Positions 8,251 to 18,072 of a stretch of 64,000 bases of DNA are shown here, piece by piece; positions within the stretch are counted from its first letter, which is position 1, and every line of letters starts with the position of its first letter. The position numbers were made by a program, and so were the translations under genes. The stretch comes from a virus. The notes under the pieces were generated by a model. That model searched no databases. It was not told the origin of the DNA and saw only the letters and a list, made by a program, of their open reading frames with translations. The stretch lies in the IMG/VR virus record IMGVR_UViG_3300012090_000181; one strand, given 5' to 3'.

Positions 8251-10041
8251 ATGAAAAACTTTTCGCAGCGTTTCAACTTGTCCAACGTCCTGTCCAACGT
8301 CCGGCCTATCGCCTGGGTCGGTCTGCTCCTGCTGATCGGCCTGTTCTTGATCGCCTGGTCGATTCGCCCGATCGGCCTGATCCATGGGCCGGCGATGATG
8401 CTCTGGAAATATCCTCTGATCTGGAAGGCTCCGCTGCTGATCTTCTTGATCCTGTTCGGCCTGGGTTCGCTTCCGCATCTGATCCGCAAACTGGCATCCG
8501 GTGACGGGAAAGACAAGCCCTCCGAAGGAGCTTCCCGATCCAGATCTGATGAAGATGGTTTCGGCTACGGTAGTAGCTATGACTACAACAGTTATCGCCG
8601 ACGCAGTCGTCGTGCCCGTCGGCCCTGGTTCCAGGTGCCGCTGATCGTCGCCTGTTTCGGGGCTTTCCTTGCCTTGATCGTCGCCTGCTGCACGGCCGGT
8701 GCGCTGACCGGGCGAGCGATCTATGAGCATTACCATTTCACCGACATCAAGCAACTACCGGCCAATGGTAGTGCTCGTCTGATTCCCAAGGAAGTCGCCG
8801 AAGTGATGGCCTCCAACGGCTTCAACTCTTCGACCTCCCGGTTGGCTCAGGCGCACATCGTCCTCGATAATGAAGGCAACCTCGACTGGACTTTCGGTCA
8901 GGTTCCGAATGGGACCTGGCGGCATTACACGGCGAGCACGCAGGGGATGGCGACCCTGAATGCCGGTTCCTCGGCGCGGGAACTGAAACTGACCAACAAG
9001 AATTTCGACATCTCACCTGATGTCCGTTGGAGTGACAACATCAAATGGCAGGCATACAAGCGACATTTCTTCACCGATGTCGCTGAAACCGTGTTCGTGC
9101 TGACCCCGAAAGGACAGCCACTGCTGCTGGCCCCTTACATCAAGTACACCGGCTTCTGGGTCAAGGTGCCGGAACTTGCCGGGGTCTATGAGGTCCATCC
9201 CGATGGCACCATCGAAGACCTCAGCCCGGAGCAGGCTGCGGCCCGCCCGGTGATCGTGGATTCCGGCCACCTGTTCCCGGAACAGCTGGCCAAGCGGGTC
9301 CAGGAATCATACCAGTACGCCGGTGGCATCTGGAACCGTTTCTTCAGCCATCATGATCAGACCGAGATCCAGAACACCGAGGGCAACCATCAGCCCTACC
9401 TGATGGACTTCGGCGAAGACGGGCCGAAATGGGTATCCACGGCCAAGCCGTATGGGAACTCTCATGCCACTGATGCCGTGTTCCTGACCGATACCGTCAC
9501 CGGAGAAACCGAAGTCTGGCATGTGCCCAAAGATCAGTCCTATACCGGGAATGTCAAAGCACTCGACATCGTACGCGGGCTGTCGATCCCTGGTATCACC
9601 TTCGCCGGGGGTGAAGAACTCGAAGGCAAGTTCAAGGCGATCGAGCCGCGCCCGATCATCGTCAACGGGGAACTCCAGTTCATGGTCTCGATCGTGCCTT
9701 CCTCCGAGAACACGGTGACCAAGACCGTGATCGTGGATGCCAAGACCAACAAGGCCGTGGCGATCTTCAACCACGATACCGATCCTGGCGCTGATCAGAA
9801 GTTGAAAGAATATCTGGAAACCGGCAAGCTGCCGAGCAACGGCCTCAGCGAGGTCACTTCAGAAGAACGTAGTGCTTCTGAAAGCGAAGAACGCAGTGAT
9901 GAAGAACAGCCCGCCGGCAGCAGCGAAGTCCCGGCCAAACCGACCGGGACGACGATGGCGACGATCGAAAAGCTGCTCGAAGAGACTGAAGCCCAGCAGC
10001 AGACGTTGCTTGAACTCCAGGCACAGCTGAAGAGTAAGTAA
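8251..10041 (+). CDS. Large membrane-anchored protein (3 N-terminal TM, large soluble domain, C-terminal coiled coil)
   Basis: 596-aa ORF with consistent GC-rich codon usage; no function recognised. Confidence 0.8.
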   Translation: MKNFSQRFNLSNVLSNVRPIAWVGLLLLIGLFLIAWSIRPIGLIHGPAMMLWKYPLIWKAPLLIFLILFGLGSLPHLIRKLASGDGKDKPSEGASRSRSDEDGFGYGSSYDYNSYRRRSRRARRPWFQVPLIVACFGAFLALIVACCTAGALTGRAIYEHYHFTDIKQLPANGSARLIPKEVAEVMASNGFNSSTSRLAQAHIVLDNEGNLDWTFGQVPNGTWRHYTASTQGMATLNAGSSARELKLTNKNFDISPDVRWSDNIKWQAYKRHFFTDVAETVFVLTPKGQPLLLAPYIKYTGFWVKVPELAGVYEVHPDGTIEDLSPEQAAARPVIVDSGHLFPEQLAKRVQESYQYAGGIWNRFFSHHDQTEIQNTEGNHQPYLMDFGEDGPKWVSTAKPYGNSHATDAVFLTDTVTGETEVWHVPKDQSYTGNVKALDIVRGLSIPGITFAGGEELEGKFKAIEPRPIIVNGELQFMVSIVPSSENTVTKTVIVDAKTNKAVAIFNHDTDPGADQKLKEYLETGKLPSNGLSEVTSEERSASESEERSDEEQPAGSSEVPAKPTGTTMATIEKLLEETEAQQQTLLELQAQLKSK

Positions 10042-10049
10042 AAGTAGTG

Positions 10050-10088
10050 GCGGGCAGGCCCGGGTAAGAATCTCGTAGGCCTGTCCGC
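10050..10088 (+). terminator. Stem-loop, probable terminator
   Basis: gcgggcaggcc...ggcctgtccgc inverted repeat just after stop 10041; no U-tract. Confidence 0.5.
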
Positions 10089-10129
10089 CGTACCTCTCTC
10101 AGACCGAAGTAAAGCACTATCATCATCTT

Positions 10130-10546
10130 ATGGACGGCGGTACAGAACACGATCTGGTTCCAGACGAGAGTGATGAGCAGATCGATGCTTCCATCCTGGC
10201 AGACCGCGCCGATGCCACCCCCGATGGCGATGCGATCCTCTACGGTCATGGCCGCGATGAGCAGACCGAGCAGCGTCGGGAGATCGACCGCCTGCGCAGA
10301 CAAGTAGAAGCCAAGGATAAGCAGTTGGCGATCTATAAGGAGCAGATGAAAAAGATCACTGCGAGCGTTGACCAGCTACAACAGCGTATCCAGGAGATGC
10401 AATATCATGCCTCACGGGCCGAGAAGAGACTTCATCGGCAGACGCAATACGCGGCCGCATCCAAGCAGCAGGAGAGCATCGCTGATGTAGATGATGAGCA
10501 GAATAAGAGTATCTTCTCGCGCGGCTTCTTCGGTTGGTTACGCTGA
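10130..10546 (+). CDS. ILYG-tagged coiled-coil protein
   Basis: GDAILYG, long heptad stretch, C-terminal SIFSRGFFGWLR; TATCAT 6 nt before ATG. Confidence 0.75.
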   Translation: MDGGTEHDLVPDESDEQIDASILADRADATPDGDAILYGHGRDEQTEQRREIDRLRRQVEAKDKQLAIYKEQMKKITASVDQLQQRIQEMQYHASRAEKRLHRQTQYAAASKQQESIADVDDEQNKSIFSRGFFGWLR

Positions 10547-10584
10547 GCTGTAGTTGATCATCTTGGCCCAGGACGGAAGCGAAT

Positions 10585-11580
10585 CTATTGCTGAGTAGAT
10601 AATGGCTGGAAATCCAGATCTGGATCGTCCCGCAGGAGCTGGTCGGCGGCGAACACACACCGTGCTTTTGGCTTGGCCGAGGCCGCCCTCGCTCCTTTCG
10701 GATCCGCCTGCTGCTGAATGTCCTCCTCTATCAGCCCGCGTTCTTCGAACTTCTTCCAGACCCCGACGGCATCATCTGACTGGACCCCGGAAGCGTGGAG
10801 TTTCATCCCGCGCGTGCGCATCCAGATGGCCGCAGTCTCATACATCACCGTCGCCAGTCCTTGACGACGATGATCGGCCATATCGGCATGGTCCTGGACC
10901 CGCTTGCCGTCTTGATAGTGTTGATCATACTGTCCGGACGAGACACGAACATAATCGATCAACGGTTTATCGACATGGAAGTCCTTGAACCGCTCATACT
11001 CCACCGAAGCCTCCTCGCCAAGCTCCCGACGACGGGTCTCCCAAGCTTCCAGCAGCTCTTGGTCGGCTGCGTTCTCGCGCCAGGCGAGTTCATCGTCGGC
11101 GGTGCGGAAACCATCGGTCCAATGGAAAGCTTCGAGCAGTTGCTCACGACTCCATTCTTCTTGTGGTTGCAACAGTTGCGCCCGTAGCTGCCAGTTGTGT
11201 CGTCCCAGCTCCCAGACCGAATAGGCGAAAGCATCCGGAAAGTAGGTCTCTGCCAGCTCTTTCGGCACGTAGGAGATCTTCAGGTATCCTGCAGGCCCGC
11301 TGTCGGTGTGCAGCTCGACCAGGTCAACGGTCCAGGCACTCTTGATCCCATCATCGATGTCGCGGTACAGCTCCATCCTCGCCGACACGCCTTTGGAGCT
11401 GATGCGATGAACGGTCCGCTCGTGAATGCAGGCCCGCGTCCTCTCCTCTGGATCAGGTAATGGCGCATGATGTGCGCTGCGCTCATCAGAGGATGTGAAC
11501 AGTCGCGACAGCTTCGAGCTATCCCGGCTGCTCCTGGGCCTGCCTTGATAAGCTACCGTGTCTGATCTGCCTCTGGCCAT
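10585..11580 (-). CDS. MARG-start protein with C-terminal GNAT-like domain
   Basis: HRRQGLATVMYE (acetyl-CoA motif A) then ASGVQSDDAVGVW; TACTTT 6 nt before ATG 11580. Confidence 0.6.
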   Translation of the reverse strand: MARGRSDTVAYQGRPRSSRDSSKLSRLFTSSDERSAHHAPLPDPEERTRACIHERTVHRISSKGVSARMELYRDIDDGIKSAWTVDLVELHTDSGPAGYLKISYVPKELAETYFPDAFAYSVWELGRHNWQLRAQLLQPQEEWSREQLLEAFHWTDGFRTADDELAWRENAADQELLEAWETRRRELGEEASVEYERFKDFHVDKPLIDYVRVSSGQYDQHYQDGKRVQDHADMADHRRQGLATVMYETAAIWMRTRGMKLHASGVQSDDAVGVWKKFEERGLIEEDIQQQADPKGARAASAKPKARCVFAADQLLRDDPDLDFQPLSTQQ

Positions 11581-11690
11581 ATGGTAAAAGTATATCAGCA
11601 CCGACGGCAAGATCAGGATTGCCGAAGTCGCCGTCTTCGTGGGGGACAAGGTAAACAGGCAATAAAAATTGAACTCACGAAGACAGGTAA

Positions 11691-12671
11691 ATGTCGTGCG
11701 CTGTTTTCAGCGCCTACGCTTTTATCATGTCGCCTGGTACGATGAAAACGGAAATCAGTGCTCATGACGAGATCATCTCGAGTCGATCGAGCCTGGTCAA
11801 GCCGGGTGAAACCAGTGATCGGCGGGCACCGGCATTCAGGGATGCCTGTGTATTGTATCCTTCCAGTTTGTTCAACCCGAGAGAAGTCGATGAACACTTT
11901 CGTGAAGAGTATGAAGCCGCGCAGCGGGTAGGCATGCAAGTGGCTCTGGTAGATGATGCATCCTTACGACAGCCTGGAACCCTGCGTCTTGGCAGCTTCA
12001 AGGATCGCAAGTTGTTCTACCGTGGCTGGATGTTGAACGAGCAGGAGTTCTCAGGCCTGGAGCAGGCGATCAACCAGGCACACAGCCAACTATTGACCGA
12101 TACCGATGACTACCTGCAGGCGCACTATCTACCCAACTGGTATCCATTGTTCGCCGAGCATACTCCATTCAGTGTCTGGGGCGATGCCGATGATCCTGAG
12201 GAGCTCTTGGCAGAGCTTCCGGGTGGGGCCGCGATCGTCAAGGATTACGTCAAGTCGTTCAAGCATCTGTGGGATGAAGCTTGCTATATCCGTGATACCG
12301 ATGATACCGTGGATGCGCTACGCGTGATCAACAAGTTCAAGGAGCTTCGGATCGAGATCCAGGGCGGACTGATCCTACGGCACTATGAGCCGCTCGGCGA
12401 TGAGTATCGCAGTTGGTGGCGTGATGGAGAGTGTCGTCTGGTCAGCGCTCATCCTGATACACCAGAGCTACTACCTCCTGATGATCTTGACCTGGATTTC
12501 CTCCGCGACAATGTCGCCGAACTTGATGCGCGGATGGTGACCATAGACCTGGCCAGGAACACCGAGACAAACGATTACCGGATAGTGGAGATCGGAGATG
12601 GCATGGTCAGTGATCGGCCGCAGAGCCTGGACCCGGAGGTCTTTTATCAACAGTTGTTCTTGACAGATTGA
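11691..12671 (+). CDS. ATP-grasp domain protein (R2K/DUF4343-like)
   Basis: YRGWML, YLPNWY, IVKDYVKSxKHxW, EYRxWW, TIDLA, IVEIGDGMVS; start uncertain. Confidence 0.7.
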   Translation: MSCAVFSAYAFIMSPGTMKTEISAHDEIISSRSSLVKPGETSDRRAPAFRDACVLYPSSLFNPREVDEHFREEYEAAQRVGMQVALVDDASLRQPGTLRLGSFKDRKLFYRGWMLNEQEFSGLEQAINQAHSQLLTDTDDYLQAHYLPNWYPLFAEHTPFSVWGDADDPEELLAELPGGAAIVKDYVKSFKHLWDEACYIRDTDDTVDALRVINKFKELRIEIQGGLILRHYEPLGDEYRSWWRDGECRLVSAHPDTPELLPPDDLDLDFLRDNVAELDARMVTIDLARNTETNDYRIVEIGDGMVSDRPQSLDPEVFYQQLFLTD

Positions 12672-12676
12672 CCTCC

Positions 12677-13321
12677 TCAGCTGCCATCTGGCACTTCTAC
12701 GTTGACACTGCCGATGATTTCCCCATCATAGACATAGACCAGCTCCCGGTAATAGTGAAAGTCATCTTCGGTCCCATGATGATAGAACTTCCAGCTGCCA
12801 TCGGTCGTGGTCAGCGTTTCCACTGCTGCCAACTGATCAAGGCCGGCGCTGAGGGTCTCGCCTGTAAGTATCCGTCTGAATGCCCCATTCGGGCCGGCGT
12901 GGTAAGGGCCGATGCCTGCGACCCTCCGCTTGATGTCGATACCATACTTGAAGTCGGTGAAGCCGCTGCTCCCTGCCGAGTATTCATCGAGCATCAGCTC
13001 AAGGTATTCTTGTTGCATCTCGACGACGTAAAGATCGATCGCGGTCGCATCATCGCTGATCCAAGCTTGAGGCAGAGCCTCCACTTTGGCCAGCCACTCG
13101 GTTCCGACTCCACTCCATCCATGGAAGTTTTCATAAGCTCCAGTTGGTAGTCCGGCCAGTTTCAGATTGACCTTCTCTACCCAACGATTATCCGACGACG
13201 GCCATGATGCCGTCTGTTTCGACCCTGGAGAGAAATCCCCATAAAGAATGGCATCGGCGTTGGCACCAGGTTCAACCGAGGGACCAGGTTCAGAGGATGG
13301 TATCATGTCAGGTTTCTTCAT
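12677..13321 (-). CDS. ILYG-tagged family A protein
   Basis: VEPGANADAILYG; GWSGVGTEWLAKVEALPQAW; QLAAVETL..GSWKFY. Confidence 0.8.
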   Translation of the reverse strand: MKKPDMIPSSEPGPSVEPGANADAILYGDFSPGSKQTASWPSSDNRWVEKVNLKLAGLPTGAYENFHGWSGVGTEWLAKVEALPQAWISDDATAIDLYVVEMQQEYLELMLDEYSAGSSGFTDFKYGIDIKRRVAGIGPYHAGPNGAFRRILTGETLSAGLDQLAAVETLTTTDGSWKFYHHGTEDDFHYYRELVYVYDGEIIGSVNVEVPDGS

Positions 13322-13324
13322 CAG

Positions 13325-13972
13325 TCATCTCCTGGGATCATTCCATGCGACCAGTTTGCGTTCTCCGACCGAGGCAGAACCCAGTAAGCGCCCTGTTTCA
13401 AGCTCACGATACACCAGCTCGGTGTAGTTGCAGTCATCAGCGTGTTCACATGAATGGTGGTAGAAAGACCACTCGCCGACGGTATCGACCAAAATCTCGA
13501 TTGCCTGGAGTTGATGCCGATTGACGTAAAGCTCGGACAGTGATCTTGGGAGCTGAAGTATGGGCATGCCTTCTGAATCACAGGGCAAGATCCGCAGCAG
13601 GTCATCGTCTATCACTTGATGATCGAATCGAGTAAAATGCCTATCCTCGTCAGCGTCAGCCTGAAAAGTTTCCAGATACTCTTGTTGAACAGTAAGCACA
13701 TGCACATCAGCGGCGGCTATCTCAGCAACAGCATCAGTGTAGGAAAGCCAGACTCTCATAAGGTCAGGAGATGCAGCCAACCACCTCTCGGAGCCACCAG
13801 AAAAGCCGCCAAGTCGATTCTCGAAAACCTCACCCAAGAACAGCTGTCGCGGGTCGATCTTGTCCACCCAAGCTCCGGGAACCCGGCTTGATACAGCGGC
13901 TTTCGCCTGACAACATGTAGGGAAACGCCCATACAAAATCTGTTGTGCATCCCTGAGCGTATCGCCATCCAT
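13325..13972 (-). CDS. ILYG-tagged family A protein
   Basis: AQQILYG; GFSGGSERWLA; HQLQAIEIL..GEWSFY. Confidence 0.8.
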   Translation of the reverse strand: MDGDTLRDAQQILYGRFPTCCQAKAAVSSRVPGAWVDKIDPRQLFLGEVFENRLGGFSGGSERWLAASPDLMRVWLSYTDAVAEIAAADVHVLTVQQEYLETFQADADEDRHFTRFDHQVIDDDLLRILPCDSEGMPILQLPRSLSELYVNRHQLQAIEILVDTVGEWSFYHHSCEHADDCNYTELVYRELETGRLLGSASVGERKLVAWNDPRR

Positions 13973-14096
13973 ACTCCTGAATATAGCGCTTTGCTCTTAC
14001 CCGGCTTTCTTGCTGTTTGATCATCTGCCTCATCTATCCTTGATTGTTTTTGGTGAAGCGAAGAGGCAAACGTATGCTCATGCTTCAGTATGTAAG

Positions 14097-14513
14097 ATGC
14101 CAGAAGACAAAGACCGGCCACCAGTCGTATTGCTTCCTGACATACCAGCTCGCGGTTTCATACGCCGTAGCTTCGACCGCCTGGACGCGCTGCCTCCCTC
14201 CAGCATCATCGTCGCCGGTTTCTTCGTGATCCTCTTCCTGGCCAATGCCGCCTTTGGTTATCTCAGTCAAGATGACCCAGGCAGATATTGGCCGCTTTAC
14301 GCACTATTGAACATCTGCTACTTGATATTGGTCAGTTTCTTCGTCTCCGGCATCTTGATATTGTTCTCCGATCGGGTTACATTCTGGCCGATATTCCGTA
14401 GTGTCATCGCTAAGTTTTTCATCGTCGCCAGTATGTTTTTCGTGATCGGCTGGATAATCGCATGGGCATTCTTGATACTTCTGTTCACCCTTGCCGGCCC
14501 GAACATCGGATGA
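14097..14513 (+). CDS. Membrane protein (about 3 TM)
   Basis: Hydrophobic helices in ORF 14010..14513; start uncertain. Confidence 0.6.
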   Translation: MPEDKDRPPVVLLPDIPARGFIRRSFDRLDALPPSSIIVAGFFVILFLANAAFGYLSQDDPGRYWPLYALLNICYLILVSFFVSGILILFSDRVTFWPIFRSVIAKFFIVASMFFVIGWIIAWAFLILLFTLAGPNIG

Positions 14514-14673
14514 TACCGTAATGTGAAGTTGCGTTCTGAAAGCTCTGCGGCTGTCATCCAAGCGCCGTTCGATGCGCGGAAAGAATGCCGATGAGCTGCT
14601 ATCAGATAAAACACCTTCTGCTCCGATGATCTATCTCGAATCCTCACACCCGAGATAGATCAAGTATAGTATT

Positions 14674-15264
14674 TCACCAGATGCCAAGATCTACTGCTGC
14701 TCTGACCTCACGTCTGGTTCTGCCATCGGTAGACACGTCAGCAAGGTATATCAGCTGTTGCCAGGTGCCCATATGACTGGACTCTGATACCTGGAACTCG
14801 CCTTCGCCGAGCAGCTGGACGATGGCTCTCAACGGATGGATGTTGATCAAGAAACTATCTTGACCGGCGAGAGCGCCCAACTGTAGAGGATGCTCGAGTT
14901 GCAAGGAAATCTGTTCGGGATCATCGGTCACCTCCAGGTGGCAAGCCTGCCGATGATCAGTGTCCAGCGGTCGCGAATCATCCAGTGTCCGCTGCTGTTT
15001 GTAGATCATGATCAGCGCGTATTGAAGAAAGCTCTTTTCCTGAAGCGGATAGTCCTGCATCCAGATGGCAGGGAGGTCGGTGGTATCGGCTATCCAGCCC
15101 AGACCGCCACTCCAGCCCATTTCCGGATCGGAGAAGAAGCCGTCCATTCCCAGCTGATCAGGATCCACCTGAGAGCAGAGCAGCTTGGCCATCAAGGTCG
15201 GGGACAGACGGCCCGTGCAGGAACGATCCAAGGCTCCATAAAGAATTTCATCTGCGATCTGCAT
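14674..15264 (-). CDS. ILYG-tagged family A protein
   Basis: MQIADEILYG; GWSGGLGWIADTTDLPAIW; TAATG stop/start overlap with the upstream gene. Confidence 0.8.
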   Translation of the reverse strand: MQIADEILYGALDRSCTGRLSPTLMAKLLCSQVDPDQLGMDGFFSDPEMGWSGGLGWIADTTDLPAIWMQDYPLQEKSFLQYALIMIYKQQRTLDDSRPLDTDHRQACHLEVTDDPEQISLQLEHPLQLGALAGQDSFLINIHPLRAIVQLLGEGEFQVSESSHMGTWQQLIYLADVSTDGRTRREVRAAVDLGIW

Positions 15265-15911
15265 TATTCTTTTATCACTTGCGTCTGCTCTCCGGTATCA
15301 CCGATGATCGTCACACAGCCCAAGGGTTCATTACCGGCAAGGTAAAGCATACCAAAGAAATAGCTTCCATTCAGCATCAACTGCTCGACCCCGATCCATT
15401 CTGGCACATCGTCCAGATCCTTGTCGGCAAACAGTTCCTCGATCAAGGCCATCGGATGGGCATCACCGGGTAATCCGCTCTCGTCGATTGCCGGCTGGCT
15501 GTCAAGGATGCATCGTAGTGGCTCACGCGGATAAACCCAGACGATGTCCTCGTCCTCATCAGCATGCAGGTCTACGGCCACCTGCCACTGTGGTTCGACC
15601 CCGAGCTCGGCGACCTCCTGATCCAATAGCAGTCGCTTGATCAAAGTATGCATCAACTTCGGCACCTGCTCGATTCTCCGGTCAGGTCGATACTCCTCCG
15701 GCAGGCTCTCGGTCCTGGCCACCCAGGTCTCTCCCCCGACCCATGTTTCCTGATCGTACTCAGCGCCTTCGAAAAATGACTGTCCGAGCATCAGCGGATC
15801 GACCTCGGCCGGCCGCCAGTTCTGTGATCGGTGCAACAGCTGGGCATCGCCATAAAGAATGGAATCACTGTTCGTCATCGAACTTGAAGGGATACCATGA
15901 TCAGCGGCCAT
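15264..15911 (-). CDS. ILYG-tagged family A protein
   Basis: SDSILYG; WVGGETWVARTESLPEEY; TAAAAT 6 nt before ATG. Confidence 0.8.
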   Translation of the reverse strand: MAADHGIPSSSMTNSDSILYGDAQLLHRSQNWRPAEVDPLMLGQSFFEGAEYDQETWVGGETWVARTESLPEEYRPDRRIEQVPKLMHTLIKRLLLDQEVAELGVEPQWQVAVDLHADEDEDIVWVYPREPLRCILDSQPAIDESGLPGDAHPMALIEELFADKDLDDVPEWIGVEQLMLNGSYFFGMLYLAGNEPLGCVTIIGDTGEQTQVIKE

Positions 15912-15977
15912 AGTTTGATTTTAGGGTCCGATCGGCTGCCGGCATGATCATCATCTCGGTATCGTCACGACCGACCA

Positions 15978-16643
15978 TCAGATGACCATGACCGCGCCTT
16001 GCGGGGTCCGCGACGGATCAAAAAGGACCAACAGGTCACACTCGTCCAGGGAATCTTGTTCTGGCCCAGGATAGTATAGCCAGCGCCACTCCCAGCCGGC
16101 CTCTTCATCCATGACCATCTTCTCCACCGCCGCCAACTGATACAGTGGGATGGCATATGTCGCCATCAGGTCATCCTCATCCAGATCTCCATCTTTGCCG
16201 GCAATACTGGTGTCATCTCTGATGTTGAGTGTCTCCCAATCTGGAGTGCTATCATCCAGCTTCACCGGCTCGACAGGATGGGATCTGTCCCAGTTGTCTT
16301 TATCTTCTGTGCTGAGTGCTTCCAGCAGAGCCTGCTGTGACGCATGGATCGTCCCGGCTGAAACATCAAGCTCCCCGGGAGGCACAGCCGCCACCCATTG
16401 CTGCCATTCTTCCGGTATGACCGTAGCCTTGGCCATCCAGCTGAGATTGGACCCGATCCAGCCTGAAGCGGTATCGGTGAAGTGATCGTTCAGCACCAAC
16501 TGGTCCGTTTTGATCTGCTGTGGAATCCATGCCCGGAAGTTCGACCCGGCAGAAACCGATCTCATGCGTGATCCCGCATGCCCATAAAGAATACCGTCAG
16601 CTGCCGAGGTGCCTATTGTCGCTTGTCCATTTCCTCTGGCCAC
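15978..16643 (-). CDS. ILYG-tagged family A protein
   Basis: GTG start giving (M)ARGNG...ADGILYG; GWIGSNLSWMAKATVIPEEW; TATACT 6 nt before start. Confidence 0.8.
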   Translation of the reverse strand: MARGNGQATIGTSAADGILYGHAGSRMRSVSAGSNFRAWIPQQIKTDQLVLNDHFTDTASGWIGSNLSWMAKATVIPEEWQQWVAAVPPGELDVSAGTIHASQQALLEALSTEDKDNWDRSHPVEPVKLDDSTPDWETLNIRDDTSIAGKDGDLDEDDLMATYAIPLYQLAAVEKMVMDEEAGWEWRWLYYPGPEQDSLDECDLLVLFDPSRTPQGAVMVI

Positions 16644-16727
16644 ACCCTGAGTATAGCTTCGCTTATGCTTCGTCTTTCGATTGTTGATCGTCCGGATGTG
16701 CATGCGGGAGCAGTTAGAGATCATTTA

Positions 16728-17381
16728 TCAGCGCATACTCAGTACGCCCTTGACCCGCTGTTCCTGATCAAAGAGAAGCAGTAGGTTATGCGGGTCATCA
16801 GGGTCTTCCCAGAACAGGTAGCGCCACTCGCCGAGGCCGACCAGCTCCTCTACCGCCTGCGCCTGGTGCTGTGAGACACGCGTCCTCAGAGGAAAAGTAT
16901 TGGCTTTGGCATCAGCTGCTTCATCATCTACCTGGAGCTGAAGCAGCTCCAACGGATGGCCGGGCACCTTCAGAGTGCTGAGAGCGGTGACCGGATAGGT
17001 CATCGGATGGAGATCGCCGATCATCGGCACGTTCATTGCGCTCCTGAACTCCAGTTCATCCAGCGTCCTCGCCCAGTCATCGTTGATCGGCTCACCATAG
17101 CTCTCATTGTCCTCATCGAAAGGAAGCAGTGGCAACCACTCCTTGGGAGGAGTGTCCTGTCTGGCCATCCAGCTGAGATTCGATCCCAGCCAGTTCGGGG
17201 CACCAGGACGACGGCCTGAATGGACACAATAATCAGGGAGGAGCAGCTGTTCCAGGTCCAGCTCGGCAGATGCCGGCCAGAGGGCGGCCGCCGTCGATGG
17301 CTTTTCTGATCTATTACCGCGCCTATGCTCCCCATAAAGAATGCGATCCACATCGACGTTTTCCTTGCTCACCGGTTTCAT
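16728..17381 (-). CDS. ILYG-tagged family A protein
   Basis: VDRILYG; WLGSNLSWMAR; QAVEELVGLGEWRY; ATGA overlap with upstream gene. Confidence 0.8.
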   Translation of the reverse strand: MKPVSKENVDVDRILYGEHRRGNRSEKPSTAAALWPASAELDLEQLLLPDYCVHSGRRPGAPNWLGSNLSWMARQDTPPKEWLPLLPFDEDNESYGEPINDDWARTLDELEFRSAMNVPMIGDLHPMTYPVTALSTLKVPGHPLELLQLQVDDEAADAKANTFPLRTRVSQHQAQAVEELVGLGEWRYLFWEDPDDPHNLLLLFDQEQRVKGVLSMR

Positions 17382-17986
17382 GCCGACTGCTCTTCATCAG
17401 TTCGATCGCCGATCATCACTCGTCCCAGCAGCTGTCCATAAGCGTCGATATAGAGCAGCATCCCTTGCCTATGATCCTGGTCAGGACGATAGCTGGAGAA
17501 GTAGCGCCATTCACCGTCCATACGATCTACGATCTCCATCACCGCCGCCATCCTGGCCAGGACAGCTCGATCCAGATCAAGCTTCCATGCGTTCTTGGGC
17601 CGACTGACCGTGAGCACGGCCCCATCTTCTTGATCAACCGTACCGATCTGTGTCTGATACGAGCGCTCATCCAACGGCACCATCCGATACAGATTGTTCA
17701 GTTCAGCCCGCTCATCGAGAAGCACACGCATGTTCCAGGCCAGCCTGACCGCCCCGTCGGTCCATTGCTCGGGAATGGTCGCGGCGACAGCCGTCCACGT
17801 GCCGGTCACTCCGACGTGTTCGCGGCCATGCACCGACAAGCCGGTAAAATAGGCGGCCTGGATGACATCCAGTGCGTCGATCCGCTGCGGCCACCATCCA
17901 GGCCGCCCGAGCAGGATCTCCTGCATCCGCGAGCCGGTGTCGAAATCACCGTAGAGGATGTCCTGAGCGTCAAGCGGCACGATCAT
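17378..17986 (-). CDS. ILYG-tagged family A protein
   Basis: AQDILYG; TIPEQW; MAAVMEIV..GEWRY; TATCAT 6 nt before ATG 17986. Confidence 0.8.
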   Translation of the reverse strand: MIVPLDAQDILYGDFDTGSRMQEILLGRPGWWPQRIDALDVIQAAYFTGLSVHGREHVGVTGTWTAVAATIPEQWTDGAVRLAWNMRVLLDERAELNNLYRMVPLDERSYQTQIGTVDQEDGAVLTVSRPKNAWKLDLDRAVLARMAAVMEIVDRMDGEWRYFSSYRPDQDHRQGMLLYIDAYGQLLGRVMIGDRTDEEQSA

Positions 17987-18072
17987 AGATGAATGATAGC
18001 TGGTTTTCCGCTTCGGCACAAGCGGCAAGGCATCCTTATCGCCGATCACCTGCTTACCGGTTTCTTGCACGA

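Noticed and set aside
8279-8302. 12-bp tandem repeat (LSNV x2) and the SEERS repeat near 9860-9905
   Set aside because: Short in-frame slippage in low-complexity parts of one gene; no wider pattern
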